NCBI GenBank assembly: GCA_001600815.1
Contig: BCKZ01000030.1
Location: 93,918 to 157,917, forward strand
Direction: 5' to 3'
Source: Alloascoidea hylecoeti
Lineage: Eukaryota
DNA: 64,000 nt
In this document: piece after piece, positions 39,463-50,743 of the stretch
Layout: each line of letters opens with the position of its first letter
Position numbering within the stretch: the first letter of the stretch is position 1
Notes under the pieces: generated by a model
Database searches by the model: none
Told to the model about the DNA's origin: nothing
The model's input: only the letters and a program-made list of their open reading frames with translations
Translations under genes and position numbers: made by a program

Positions 39463-40377
39463 ATGTCTCCTCCAACAACACAAGATAAAAAACAAAGTGG
39501 AATTGCTCGAGTTCTCGGTTCTGCCTCAGCAGGAATTTGTGAAATTGGTATCTTTCATCCAGTTGATACAATTTCAAAACGTTTAATGAGTAATCATACA
39601 AGAGTTAATTCTTTAACAAAATTAAATGCAACTATTTTTAAAGATAAAGCACAAGCAACAATTGGTAAAAGATTATTTTCTCTATTTCCTGGTCTTGGTT
39701 ATGCAGCTTGTTATAAAATTTTACAAAGGGTTTATAAATATGGTGGTCAACCATTTGTTAATGAATACTTATTTAAAAATCACGGTTCAACTTTTGAAAA
39801 TGCATTTGGTAAAAAAAATGGTAAAGCTTTAATGTCTGCAACCGCTGGTTCATTAATTGGTATTGGTGAAATTGTTTTATTACCTTTAGATGTTTTAAAA
39901 ATTAAACGTCAAACTAATCCTGAATCATTCAAAGGTCGTGGTTTTATTAAAATTATATCTGATGAAGGTTTAAATTTATATAGAGGTTGGGGTTGGACTG
40001 CTGCAAGAAATGCACCTGGTTCATTTGCTTTATTTGGTGGTAATGCTTTTGCAAAAGAATATGTTTTAAAATTGAAAGATTATTCAGATGCTACATGGGT
40101 TCAAAATTTTATTGCTTCAATTTTTGGTGCCTCTGCTTCTTTAATTGTTTCTGCTCCATTAGATGTCATTAAAACTCGTATTCAAAATAAAAATTTTGAT
40201 AATCCACAATCTGGTTTTACAATTTTAAAAAATATGGCTAAAGTTGAAGGATTTTCATCTTTTTTTAAAGGTTTAACTCCAAAATTATTAACTTCTGGTC
40301 CTAAATTGGTTTTCAGTTTTGCTTTAGCTCAATCTTTAATTCCTGCATTTGAAAGATTATTTAATAATAAAAATTAA
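39463..40377 (+). CDS. GGC1: Mitochondrial GTP/GDP carrier
   Basis: ARVLGSASAGICEIGIFHPVDTISKRLMSN; PLDVLKIKRQTNPESF. Confidence 0.96.
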   Translation: MSPPTTQDKKQSGIARVLGSASAGICEIGIFHPVDTISKRLMSNHTRVNSLTKLNATIFKDKAQATIGKRLFSLFPGLGYAACYKILQRVYKYGGQPFVNEYLFKNHGSTFENAFGKKNGKALMSATAGSLIGIGEIVLLPLDVLKIKRQTNPESFKGRGFIKIISDEGLNLYRGWGWTAARNAPGSFALFGGNAFAKEYVLKLKDYSDATWVQNFIASIFGASASLIVSAPLDVIKTRIQNKNFDNPQSGFTILKNMAKVEGFSSFFKGLTPKLLTSGPKLVFSFALAQSLIPAFERLFNNKN

Positions 40378-41164
40378 AGAATTGAAGGTGAAGCTTAAGA
40401 ATTTACACGGTTCATTAAATTCATGTTAGTTTAATTTGTATATACAAGAACCTTAAGAATTATATTATACATATATATTATTATACAATACTTTTTAATT
40501 TAACTATATAAATTTATCTTATAATTATTATGTGTGGCAATTCAAAATTAATATCGATCAACCATCTTCCTGGTATAAATAGCTTATTAAAGCGGATTTG
40601 ACAGTTCTTGTTGAATCTAATATAAAGAGTGTACTGACAGCCCGACACCATTTTTCTCTTTGGATTGTAACAACTTCAAGTCATTACTATTTATAATAAT
40701 TTATATTTGTTGCTGGTTTTGCAATTCGTGGATGAAATATAACAATTTTGTGTGGTTTAGAAGTTGTTTTTGTGTAATCAGCCCTGATTGTTTTACAGCT
40801 AGTTTCATACTAGTATCCTTTTAGGTCTTACAAGTCCAATCAAGTTGACAATTATTTCTCATACAATAAAAAAAAAAAAAGTTCTACTAAAGGTTTACAT
40901 AGTGTATGAATAAGTAGAAATGGTATAAGACTCTTAGTTATGATCGACAGCAACATAGAAGTGCAATTGCTATTATGTTCACATAATACACATTAATAAG
41001 TTAGTTAATTAATCTTAAAATTCACTACAAAAAGAGTTATTCTTTAAATTTTAAACGTAGAGTTAATCTAAATATTCATCAGAAAAAGTATTCGGTCATA
41101 TTTTGTTAAATGTTTGGATGTAACCTCCGAAAATCTTAATTTCTTCCATCTTCACAGTAACAAA

Positions 41165-41683
41165 ATGCCTATGATTGAAGTTGTCTGCAATGACCGGTAA
41201 GTGTAAAGTACTATTTATATCATGTCACATCAAATTTCAATTAAATCTAATATATATTATCAAAAACAGTGTTGGTAAAAAGGTCAAAGTTAAGGTAAAT
41301 ATCAATTACAATACAAGACATTGAACAAGTATTAATGATCTATTACTTAGTGTCTTTCTGATGATACAGTAGGGGATTTTAAAAAACTCGTTGCTGCACA
41401 AGTAGGAACAGCTCCTGAAAAGATTGGTAAGTTATTATTCTACTATGAAAATGAAAAAAGTCTATTAACAATGAAAAACATAGTTTTAAAAAAAGGATAT
41501 ACAACTTTTAAAAATAATATTACATTAGGAGATTACGAAATTCATAATGGTATGAATTTAGAACTGTAAGTGGTATTAAAATATATATTATATATTTATT
41601 CTCTATAATTTTTTAAGCAAATTTCTGTGAAATAAATCAAATGATGATAGACTAACATATTTTACAATAGATATTATTCATAA
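41165..41683 (+). CDS. HUB1: Ubiquitin-like protein Hub1/UBL5; exons 41165-41196, 41270-41294, 41351-41426, 41484-41565, 41671-41683
   Basis: Spliced product [75 protein letters not shown], ending in the Hub1 YYx tail. Four GT-AG introns. An alternative start lies at 41171. Confidence 0.96.
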
Positions 41684-41769
41684 GTACTTTTCATAGCACA
41701 ATAAAAAAATAACAATAACAATATAATCCAAGTACCTTTTTATTTTATTTTCTTTTCTCTTTTTTTTGT

Positions 41770-42732
41770 TCATAAAAAATATTCAACAGGTTGAGGCTGT
41801 GGCATTCCTTGTTGACCTTGTCTTGGATCCATTAAAATCATTCTTTGCTCTTCATTCTCCGGAGCAGCATCAAATATATTAAAGAATTTCTCGCCACCTG
41901 TTCCAATTTCCAAAACACTTGCTAAATTCCCACATCTATAACAATAATTTGGAGCAGACCAAACTGTAGATAATGTACCATTAAATAAAACTTGATAACC
42001 TTCTTGACATAATTGATGAGCTCTTAAAATATGAGACATATTATTAAAAGATAAAAATTTAGAAACAACTTCATGACCAAAAGTATACCCAGCTCCTCTT
42101 GGACTTAATTGAAAATCCGGTTTTTCTTCATCAGGATCAGACCATACTAAATCAGCCATTGGTCCTTCATGTGGGATTTCTCTAAATCTATCAACAACCA
42201 TTAACTGATCAATGGAATGAACAGTTGGACTTAATCCACCATGAACACAAAATATATCATTATCAATGACAGCAGCCAAAGCCAAATAATCAAATAAATC
42301 CGTAAAGTGGGACCAAGCAGCCGAAGATCCGTATTTCTTTGTACATTCCGTATAAAATCCATAATTATGTGTTATCACTCTAGATTCGTGATTTCCTCTA
42401 ATTAAATGAACCCTTGATGGATATCTCAGTTTCAAACAAACCAAAAGTGTCATCGTTTCAACACTAAAATAACCTCTATCGACATAATCTCCAAGAAATA
42501 GATAGTTAGTGTCTGGTGCACTCCCTGCGATTCTGAAAATCTCCAATAAATCATAAAATTGGCCATGAATATCTCCAACAACTGTAACAGGAGAACTTAT
42601 TTGAATAACATTTGATTCTCTAGAAAGAAGAGTTTTCAGCCGTGAACAGAGAGTTAAAACTGAAATTTCTGGTAGCAACTTTCCATTCAGAAGTAAGGAG
42701 ATGCACTCATCAAGGTCCAAATGGCTAATCAT
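41770..42732 (-). CDS. PPG1: PP2A-like Ser/Thr phosphatase Ppg1
   Basis: GDIHGQ, GDYVDRG and RGNHE motifs. N-terminus LDLDECI..L..GKLLPE and C-terminal VEYFL. First ATG is at 42732. Confidence 0.9.
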   Translation of the reverse strand: MISHLDLDECISLLLNGKLLPEISVLTLCSRLKTLLSRESNVIQISSPVTVVGDIHGQFYDLLEIFRIAGSAPDTNYLFLGDYVDRGYFSVETMTLLVCLKLRYPSRVHLIRGNHESRVITHNYGFYTECTKKYGSSAAWSHFTDLFDYLALAAVIDNDIFCVHGGLSPTVHSIDQLMVVDRFREIPHEGPMADLVWSDPDEEKPDFQLSPRGAGYTFGHEVVSKFLSFNNMSHILRAHQLCQEGYQVLFNGTLSTVWSAPNYCYRCGNLASVLEIGTGGEKFFNIFDAAPENEEQRMILMDPRQGQQGMPQPQPVEYFL

Positions 42733-43081
42733 TTCATCCCGCAAGGCCTCCTTTTTGAAGGTTTCAATATTTTGAATATTTCAGTCCCTGAACAGTGGTG
42801 TGCTGAGATGTACAGTACGGCCAGTATGACACTTACGCTCGTGCCATTAGTGGGCCAAACCTTTTCTTTAACTTATCTTCATCTTCATTTTTATTTTATT
42901 TGTTTATTTGTGCCCATAACTATAATTTTTCAATTTCCAATTTTTCCAACTTTTCCAACTTTTTGGCAAGTTTTATTTTTTTAATAGAGGTTTTTATTTT
43001 ATTCCGGGTTTATATACTCATATATTTTTTAAATTCTTTCCTTTGTTATAATTTTGGCTTGTTGTTCTAGGTAATGATAGA

Positions 43082-46000
43082 ATGTTTCAAGAACGACCAT
43101 CAAATTTGAGAACTACAAGTGAAACTCAAACTGCCCATTCGAGGTTATCTGGGTCTTCAGCACATTATTTAGCCCAAGAACGAGCGTATATCAAAAAACT
43201 TAAAAATGTTAATGATGATTATTATACAAAAGGCATCACCTCATCTGCAACCGAATCGGAATCGGAAGATGATGACGACGATGATGATGATTTAGAATCC
43301 AATTCTTCAGAATTATTACAAAACGATTTAATTGCAAATATCAATCCAATTGGTTTTGGCGATAATGCAAAATTGGATCTTGCTTATGCTGCTATGGGTA
43401 CTGTCATTAGTCATAAAGATACCGATAGTCCTGTTGTTAAACAAAGATTAGAATGGCAAGCTATGCTTTCAAGTGTTTTAAATGGTGATGTTTTAAGATC
43501 GGAAAAGACTAAAATTATAAAAGGAAATGAAAATTATGTTCATTTACAATATAAAGAAAATTTATGGTTATGTATAAGATCAAGATTATTAGGAAGAACA
43601 ATTGAAGATCAACAAAGAGTTATTGAATATTCAAGAACAACTGTTGATGAAATGATTAAAGAAATATCTAATTTTAAAGTTGATCATTCTGAAAATTGTA
43701 ATATTTCACCAAATGAACAAATCTCAAATATTTTAGAAAAATGGGACCATTGTGAATCACTTTGGCCAACTTGGGAAGATATGGTTCGTGATAAACCATT
43801 ATGTGAATCAGATACTTTTAAAGATCGATTAGATGCTTTATTAGCTTGGTCAACTATTTCATCTGCAATTCAAAGAGAAATTGATTCTTTGAGAGAATGG
43901 ACTCAAAATGATGATTTTGATGTTACAAGACCTGCACCAAATCAAAATATAGTTGATGGAATTGTAAATGATGATAATTCGTTTTCATTTGCAGAAAGAA
44001 TTTTAAAACAAAAAGAAATTGGTTTATTGTTTCAAAAAAGAATTTTTGATGATATTGATCCATTAGCTGTAAAAGCAAAAGCTGCACAAATTGAATTTGG
44101 TGAAATTTTTAGAGAATTAGAATTACCAAGTTATATTGATGATTTATTGATTTTAATAATGTTTCCAACTAAATTAATTCAAGAAATTATAAGATTAAGA
44201 GTTTTATATGCAAAAAGATTACCAAATCCAACTTTAATGATGATTGATCAAATGATTGGTGATTTTCATTCATATATTGCTTTATCAATTAAAATTAAAA
44301 AAAGAGTTGTTGATTTTTGTTCATCACAAGCTCCAAAATGGAATTTAGAAACTTATCTTGATGAGAATTTTGATTCTTCAGTTTTAGATTGTGTTAGTTA
44401 TTATTTAATTTTATTACATCGAAAATTACTTGATAGTTCAAAACCTTCAAAAGCTTTTAGAACTTTTAAAGAACCTGATGAATTAGAACAACAATGGAAT
44501 TTTTTAAAACCTGTTGCAACTTATATAACTGGTGGCGGTGAATTATTAGCGACTCAATTTAGTTTTTTAACTTCAAAAATGGTTTCAAGATTATTAGCTT
44601 ATCTTGATAATCAATTAAAAGGTCCTCCAATTAAAGCAAGTGCAGAAATGGAAAGATGGTATTCAAGTACAACTGAAAATTTAGGTGTATTACAAAGAAG
44701 GTTATTAAGATTTTCAAATGTTTTATCAAAAACTTTACAAAATTCAAGTGAATATTATGTTAAATCTGCTCAAAGTAGGAAATTTTTAGAAGCTTTAAAA
44801 GAATCTGGTCATTTTTTAATTTATACTGGTGAAGCTCAAACAAATGGTGTTTATTTAATTGCCTGTGATTCATTATATGAACAACGTGATAGAATTGATC
44901 GAATTTTAAAAACAAGTGGTTTAGAAGGTGAAGATGATATTTTTCATCATCGTGAAAAAGATAAACTTAGAATGACATCATCACCAGATTTAATAAATGA
45001 TAATCAAAATCAATTTCAAAATGATAATCAAAATGGTAATGGTAATATTGATGAATTTTTTGAAGATGATGAACCTGCTTATTTCTTAGCAATTTGTCCA
45101 CAACGTCCAATGGTATGGAGTGGTAGAGTTCTTGATATGAAATGTCATACCCCAAAAATTGCAACAGATTTAAAACAAGGTAGAGTTAAATTAATAGTTG
45201 AAGGTCCTGCAAAATTTTTAAAAAATGCTAGATCAAAATTTTCAAAAGCAATTGGTGAAACTGCAAGTAGTCTTGAAGAACATCGATCTGCATTACCAAA
45301 AGTTCATCATGAATTAATTAAAACAACAAAATTATTTTCAAAATTATCATTTGCTGTTTTGGATAGTGTAACAAATATTAGAAAACAATCAATTGGTTTA
45401 GGATGTCAAGAACTTGTTAATAATATGTTTATATTTGCAAGAGATTTTGGTAGGAATTTATTAAGACATACAGAAGCTTCAAGAAGAGCACCAATTATTA
45501 GAAAATTAATTGATTTAAGTATTGAATGGGTTAGTTTTGTTTGTGATGATTGTGTTCCAACTGATCCAAAAACTTTTAGATGGACTGTTGCTGCTTTGGA
45601 ATTTGCAATGGATATGACAAAAGATTTTAATATTTTAGCAGTTTCTGATACACAATTTAATACTTTAAGAAAAAAAGTTGCAAGATGTATGACATTATTA
45701 ATATCTCATTTTGATATAATGGGTGCAAGATCAAGTGCAGCTGAAAAGAAAAGAATGTTAAGATGGTCAAAAAGAAAAAGGAGTAATTTATCAACTGAAC
45801 ATGATGATTCAATACTTGCCCTTGTTAGAGAAGAAATTGTTCGAAAAATTCAAGCTGTTGAAGAAAGTAGAGCTGAATTACAACAAAGACAACATTCTGT
45901 TGGTAGAGTTTTAGATGATACTGATACTGAAAATCAATTTTTAACATTTTTAGCTTCAAGTTTTTCAAGTGTTTCAATTAGATGGCAACAAGGAAGATTT

Positions 46001-46867
46001 GTTGGTGGTGGTACTTTTGGAAGTGTTTATACTGCGGTTAATCTGGATACTGGTGGTGTTATGGCTGTTAAAGAAATTAGATTACATGATAGTCAATCAA
46101 TTCGTCATATTGTACCGTCAATTAAAGATGAAATGACAGTATTAGAAATGTTAAATCATCCAAATATCGTTCAATATTTTGGTGTTGAAGTTCATCGTGA
46201 TAAAGTTTATATTTTTATGGAATTTTGTCAAGGTGGTTCTTTAGCAACTTTATTAGAACATGGAAGAATTGAAGATGAATCAATTATACAAATTTATACA
46301 CTACAAATGTTAGAAGGTCTTGCATATTTACATAAATCTGGTATTGTTCATCGAGATTTAAAACCAGAAAATATTTTATTAGATCATAATGGTGTTATAA
46401 AATTTGTTGATTTTGGAGCTGCAAAAGTAATTGCAATGAATGGTAGAACGGCACCAAATAAAAAAACAACTAAACTTAATAGTATGACTGGTACACCAAT
46501 GTATATGTCTCCAGAAGTTATCACTGGGTCCTCATCTGGTAAAAATGGAAGTGTTGATATTTGGTCTTTAGGTTGTATTGTTTTGGAACTAGCGACTGGT
46601 AGAAGACCATGGGCTAATTTAGATAATGAATGGGCAATTATGTATCATATTGCTGCAGGACATTTACCACAATTTCCAACTCCCGATCAATTATCTAAAC
46701 CAGGTATAAATTTTTTAAGTAAATGTTTGGAACATGATCCAAGTAAAAGGTTAACGGCAGTCGAATTGTTAGAAGATCCTTGGATGACAGAAATTAGATT
46801 GGAAGCATTTGGCAATTTTGAAAGTGGTAGTTCGAGCACAGACATTAGCGGTTCATTATCATTATAA
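43082..46867 (+). CDS. SSK2: HOG-pathway MAPKKK Ssk2/Ssk22 (Wis4/Win1 family)
   Basis: RLEWQAMLSSVLNGDV, NPTLMMIDQM and DCVPTDPKTFRW. C-terminal kinase domain GGGTFG..MAVKEI..HRDLKPEN..DFG. Confidence 0.96.
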   Translation: MFQERPSNLRTTSETQTAHSRLSGSSAHYLAQERAYIKKLKNVNDDYYTKGITSSATESESEDDDDDDDDLESNSSELLQNDLIANINPIGFGDNAKLDLAYAAMGTVISHKDTDSPVVKQRLEWQAMLSSVLNGDVLRSEKTKIIKGNENYVHLQYKENLWLCIRSRLLGRTIEDQQRVIEYSRTTVDEMIKEISNFKVDHSENCNISPNEQISNILEKWDHCESLWPTWEDMVRDKPLCESDTFKDRLDALLAWSTISSAIQREIDSLREWTQNDDFDVTRPAPNQNIVDGIVNDDNSFSFAERILKQKEIGLLFQKRIFDDIDPLAVKAKAAQIEFGEIFRELELPSYIDDLLILIMFPTKLIQEIIRLRVLYAKRLPNPTLMMIDQMIGDFHSYIALSIKIKKRVVDFCSSQAPKWNLETYLDENFDSSVLDCVSYYLILLHRKLLDSSKPSKAFRTFKEPDELEQQWNFLKPVATYITGGGELLATQFSFLTSKMVSRLLAYLDNQLKGPPIKASAEMERWYSSTTENLGVLQRRLLRFSNVLSKTLQNSSEYYVKSAQSRKFLEALKESGHFLIYTGEAQTNGVYLIACDSLYEQRDRIDRILKTSGLEGEDDIFHHREKDKLRMTSSPDLINDNQNQFQNDNQNGNGNIDEFFEDDEPAYFLAICPQRPMVWSGRVLDMKCHTPKIATDLKQGRVKLIVEGPAKFLKNARSKFSKAIGETASSLEEHRSALPKVHHELIKTTKLFSKLSFAVLDSVTNIRKQSIGLGCQELVNNMFIFARDFGRNLLRHTEASRRAPIIRKLIDLSIEWVSFVCDDCVPTDPKTFRWTVAALEFAMDMTKDFNILAVSDTQFNTLRKKVARCMTLLISHFDIMGARSSAAEKKRMLRWSKRKRSNLSTEHDDSILALVREEIVRKIQAVEESRAELQQRQHSVGRVLDDTDTENQFLTFLASSFSSVSIRWQQGRFVGGGTFGSVYTAVNLDTGGVMAVKEIRLHDSQSIRHIVPSIKDEMTVLEMLNHPNIVQYFGVEVHRDKVYIFMEFCQGGSLATLLEHGRIEDESIIQIYTLQMLEGLAYLHKSGIVHRDLKPENILLDHNGVIKFVDFGAAKVIAMNGRTAPNKKTTKLNSMTGTPMYMSPEVITGSSSGKNGSVDIWSLGCIVLELATGRRPWANLDNEWAIMYHIAAGHLPQFPTPDQLSKPGINFLSKCLEHDPSKRLTAVELLEDPWMTEIRLEAFGNFESGSSSTDISGSLSL

Positions 46868-47197
46868 TTAGTGAACTATATTTTATATATACATATGTTT
46901 TTTGATTTTTTTGATTTTGTTAATTATTTATTGACTTTTTTGATCTGACTTTTGAGTTTTACTTTTTTGTTCGTTTTAATTTAATTGGTTTTCCTTTTTT
47001 CTTTTTTCCTTAATAATTAATTTACGGCATGATTTATAATTATGAAATTTTGTCTTTCTGTATAATTTATGACGGTTTATAATAAACATTAGGGGACAAT
47101 TGCAATTGCTACGGTTCAAATTTTTTACATGTAATAAATTTAATTTAAATTTGAAATTAATTGTAGATTAATAATATATAAATTACAAGTTATATGA

Positions 47198-48748
47198 TCA
47201 TGAAGCCCATAATCTAACTTGTTTATCCTTCCCACCAGAAGCAACCTTATTACCATCAACACTCCAATCAACAGCATAAACTTCATCTTGATGTCCAGGT
47301 AAATCAATTGATAGTTTTCTTGTCCTAACATCCCAAACTTTTAACGTAGTATCTTTTGAACAACTAACTAATAATCTTGAATCACTTGACCAGGAACATT
47401 GATAAACTGATGCAACATGACCTCTAAATGTTGATAAAAATTTACCATCTCTACCATCCCATAATTTAATTGAATTGTCAAAAGATGCCGAGGCAATATA
47501 TCTACCATCTGGTGAAAATATAACATGATTAACTAGTTTTTGATGACCAACCATTCTACAAACTGGTTTTGATGATTTATATGGTTCCCATAAATACATT
47601 GTAAAATCATCTGATGCAGTGACAGCTTTTTCAACAATTTTTCCACCAATTGTTGCAAGTTTCTCGAAATTTTTCTTTGCCAACTCATGTGCTTCCCTTG
47701 GTGTTTTTGGTTTTGTACCAGTATGATCAAATGGTCCAATTCTTAATGCATAATCAGTTGATAATGATATATGATTAACCCAATGGGCATGTGCTTTTAA
47801 AGTTTGTAAACATCTACCATCTTTTGCAGACCAGATTTTAATTGTTTTATCATGAGAAGTTGAAAAAATTGTATTCATACCACCCCATTTAACACATGAA
47901 ACAGTTGATGTATGCCCACTTAAAGTGAAAATTTGATTTCTACTAACAACATCCCAAATTTTTATCGTACTATCTTTTGATGATGAAGCTAATCTTGATT
48001 TTTCTCCTTCTTTAACCGAATGATATGGTTCCCAAGATAAAGAAGATATAAATTTACTATGACCTCTTAAAGCATCACCAATTGGTTTACCATCTTTACC
48101 ATTCCATAATCTCACGGTACCATCCATACTACCAGTTGCAATAGTTTCTCCGTCTGGAGACCAGCTTACACATAGTACCCAATCTGTATGACCAGTTAAG
48201 GTTGCTAATGGAGTTGAAGTATCACAATCCCATATTCTTGCAGTTGAATCACCCGATCCAGTAACTAATCTTGAGCTTGTATTTGGAGCAAATTGAGCAG
48301 CCAGTATCGTACTACCATGTCCATTTATTGCGGCTGAAGATCTATTAACGGATCGTACTTTAAATACAGCCCTTGGGGTATAAACCAGAGTTAATAAATC
48401 TTCAGTTGTTTTATGTCCTGGTTTTAAAATTGCAGTATATAAATTATCTTTTAGATCAATTAATTCTTCAATTTCTTTATTATTTTTATCCGTTGTCTTT
48501 TTAATAACGGAAAAGGTATATGGAACTGGATCATCTGAATTTTCACTAAATCGATTTAAAAGTTCTTCCAAGAATTTTTCAGAACTACCTCCTGGTACTC
48601 TTACATTACCGCCAATAAATTCACCAGTATCCGAGGCTTGAAATTTAACTAGTACGCTAGGTAAGTCTTCTGGTATGACATCAGCATCTCTTGGAGCCTG
48701 AGCTAGTCTTCTCTGCTTCTTTGAAGGTGGTGGGATAACTGTAGCCAT
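47198..48748 (-). CDS. RSA4: Ribosome assembly WD40 protein Rsa4/NLE1
   Basis: MATVIPPPSKKQ N-terminus, NLE domain, YTPRAVFKV, and WD40 repeats with ASDDFTMYLW. Confidence 0.97.
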   Translation of the reverse strand: MATVIPPPSKKQRRLAQAPRDADVIPEDLPSVLVKFQASDTGEFIGGNVRVPGGSSEKFLEELLNRFSENSDDPVPYTFSVIKKTTDKNNKEIEELIDLKDNLYTAILKPGHKTTEDLLTLVYTPRAVFKVRSVNRSSAAINGHGSTILAAQFAPNTSSRLVTGSGDSTARIWDCDTSTPLATLTGHTDWVLCVSWSPDGETIATGSMDGTVRLWNGKDGKPIGDALRGHSKFISSLSWEPYHSVKEGEKSRLASSSKDSTIKIWDVVSRNQIFTLSGHTSTVSCVKWGGMNTIFSTSHDKTIKIWSAKDGRCLQTLKAHAHWVNHISLSTDYALRIGPFDHTGTKPKTPREAHELAKKNFEKLATIGGKIVEKAVTASDDFTMYLWEPYKSSKPVCRMVGHQKLVNHVIFSPDGRYIASASFDNSIKLWDGRDGKFLSTFRGHVASVYQCSWSSDSRLLVSCSKDTTLKVWDVRTRKLSIDLPGHQDEVYAVDWSVDGNKVASGGKDKQVRLWAS

Positions 48749-48799
48749 TTTATTTGATTTTTGGTTATATTTATGTCTGACCAAATTAAATTTTCCTAT

Positions 48800-48840
48800 A
48801 ATTTTTCAAATTAAAATATAAAGTTCGATAAGCCGGGTAA
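48800..48840. promoter_or_regulatory. Short divergent promoter with RRPE-like and Reb1-like sites
   Basis: AATTTTTCA (reverse complement TGAAAAATT) at 48800 and CCGGGTAA at 48833, upstream of the ribosome-biogenesis gene RSA4. Confidence 0.55.
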
Positions 48841-48916
48841 AGATCCGCAAGGATATTATTTGCTCTTTATATAATTATTTGCTTATTTATTTTACAAACA
48901 ATTAGACAACAAGAAA

Positions 48917-49774
48917 ATGGCTACTAAACTATTTGTTCAATCCGTATGTCTTTTGAATATTTATCTTGATTTTTATATTGTTTTAACTAATTATATTTAT
49001 AGGTCTGGAAAGATTTTTTAAAGTGTAGTGGAATGGAACCTACTCTTATTAATAACGTAAATACTCCACCTTTTAGCAATATTAAACATAACATGTCAAT
49101 TTCTAATTATAATATATATTTTTATAATAGTTACAAGTTATTGATGCTGTTCCGGGGAAGGTCAGTTTAGGACTTACTGTTGAACAAAAACATACAGTAA
49201 GTAACTATTATTTAATCCAATAGAATTAACTAGTTACACATCTAACTATAAAAGAACCGATTACAAATATTACATGGTGGAACTATCGCTTCAATTGGTA
49301 TGTTCAGTGTATTTTGTTGGAATAATTGGACTGTGTTTAACATGAGTCTTAATTTGAAGTTGATTTGGGAGGTTCCTTGGCCGTTGCATCAAGAGGATTT
49401 TATAGCACTGGAGTTAGTACCGACATTAGTATTCAATACTTATCAAGTGGTGGGAAAATCGGCGATAAAATTCTAATAGTAAGAAATGAAATCTATACTC
49501 ACAATGTCAAAGAATATAAACTGACACTTCACTTTTATTTTACATTTAGGAATGTACTGTACCAAAATTAGGAAGAACAATGGCTTTCACCCATATTGAT
49601 TTCTTCAATGGAGATGGAGAAAGAATATTTGCGAGAGGTTCACATACAAAATATATTGCAAATGCTTTTAAAGATGTAAGTTTTTTGATTATTCTTGCTG
49701 AATTTTTTACAATAAAACTAATTTTCATACTCGGATTATAGCCTAAGAACGATTTTGAAGCACATAAAGCTTGA
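48917..49774 (+). CDS. Hot-dog fold acyl-CoA thioesterase (ACOT13/PaaI-like); exons 48917-48943, 49003-49056, 49131-49196, 49255-49297, 49360-49478, 49550-49675, 49742-49774
   Basis: Spliced product contains EQKHT|NRLQILHGGTIASIV|DLGGSLAVASRGFYSTGVSTDISIQYL...KLGRTMAF...ARGSHTKY. All six introns keep frame. Confidence 0.9.
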
Positions 49775-49995
49775 TTTTGTACTTTTTGATAACTTTTATA
49801 ATATAAACTACTCTAAATTTTAATAAATAGACTAGATTGTAATAAACGTTAGTGTTGAGGTTTACCTAGATACGAGACAACATAAGTGTAAATTACAGCA
49901 CGTTTTATAAGTTTTCCACCACCAATTGAAATGAATCATAAAAATCATAAAGCTGATAAATCCATTTAAACACATAACAGGAAGAAAAATAAAAA

Positions 49996-50546
49996 ATGAG
50001 TCTCCATTTATTAGTTGCTCGAAGGTCTATTCCATCTATCACAAAAATTTCATTATTATTGAAATCTTCAGTAAGATTTCAAAGTACCATTAATGAAAAA
50101 ACACAAACGGAAGAACCAACAAAAACAAGTTTACAACCACCAAAAAGATTTAGAAAACGAACTATAAATTTATTTACTCCAATCGAACAAGTGAAACCAT
50201 CCCAACTTGTTGGTAATGGGTTTGGAGATAAGACTTATTTCATACGAAGAACTTCAAATAATAAAATACCTGTTTATCATGATATTAAAAGTGGTGCAGA
50301 TTTAACAGAAATTAGAAGAGTTGAAGGTGATGTTAGGGTATGTAATGTTATTTCTTTTGTTATTTTCTGATCTGATCAACCAAACTAACATTCTACTTTT
50401 CTATACAGGTATTGAAAAAAGATTTATTAAAAGCACTTCCTTATATCAGAGAAGATAAAATAAAAATCAGACAAGAATCAAAGAGAATCATCATTGCTGG
50501 AAATCATATAAAGGTTATTAGAGATCTTTTAGCTACAAAATTTTAA
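49996..50546 (+). CDS. IMG2: Mitochondrial ribosomal protein mL49; exons 49996-50337, 50409-50546
   Basis: TYFIRRTSNNKIPVYHDIK...TEIRRVEGDVR|VLKKDL...IIIAGNH...KF*. Intron is GTATGT..ACTAAC..CAG. Confidence 0.9.
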
Positions 50547-50743
50547 AAATCTTTCAATTATTAAGTTTACAGCTACTATTACTTCTCGATCAAAAATATA
50601 AAAGGTTTGTAAATAGATGGAAAAGAAACAAGATTATATATAGTCTCTTTTTAAATTAATAGTTTTATGTATTGTTAAAATATCAACGTTTTATTAATTG
50701 GGAAAAAAAATAGTCTTTCATTTTTTCTATTCAATATTTAAAT

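Noticed and set aside
42630..48310. Alternative yeast genetic code (CUG=Ser/Ala) or stop-codon reassignment as an explanation for broken ORFs
   Set aside because: CTG occurs at conserved Leu positions (Ssk2 NLDTG, Rsa4 TIL, Ppg1 RLK), and conserved genes end in TAA, TAG and TGA.
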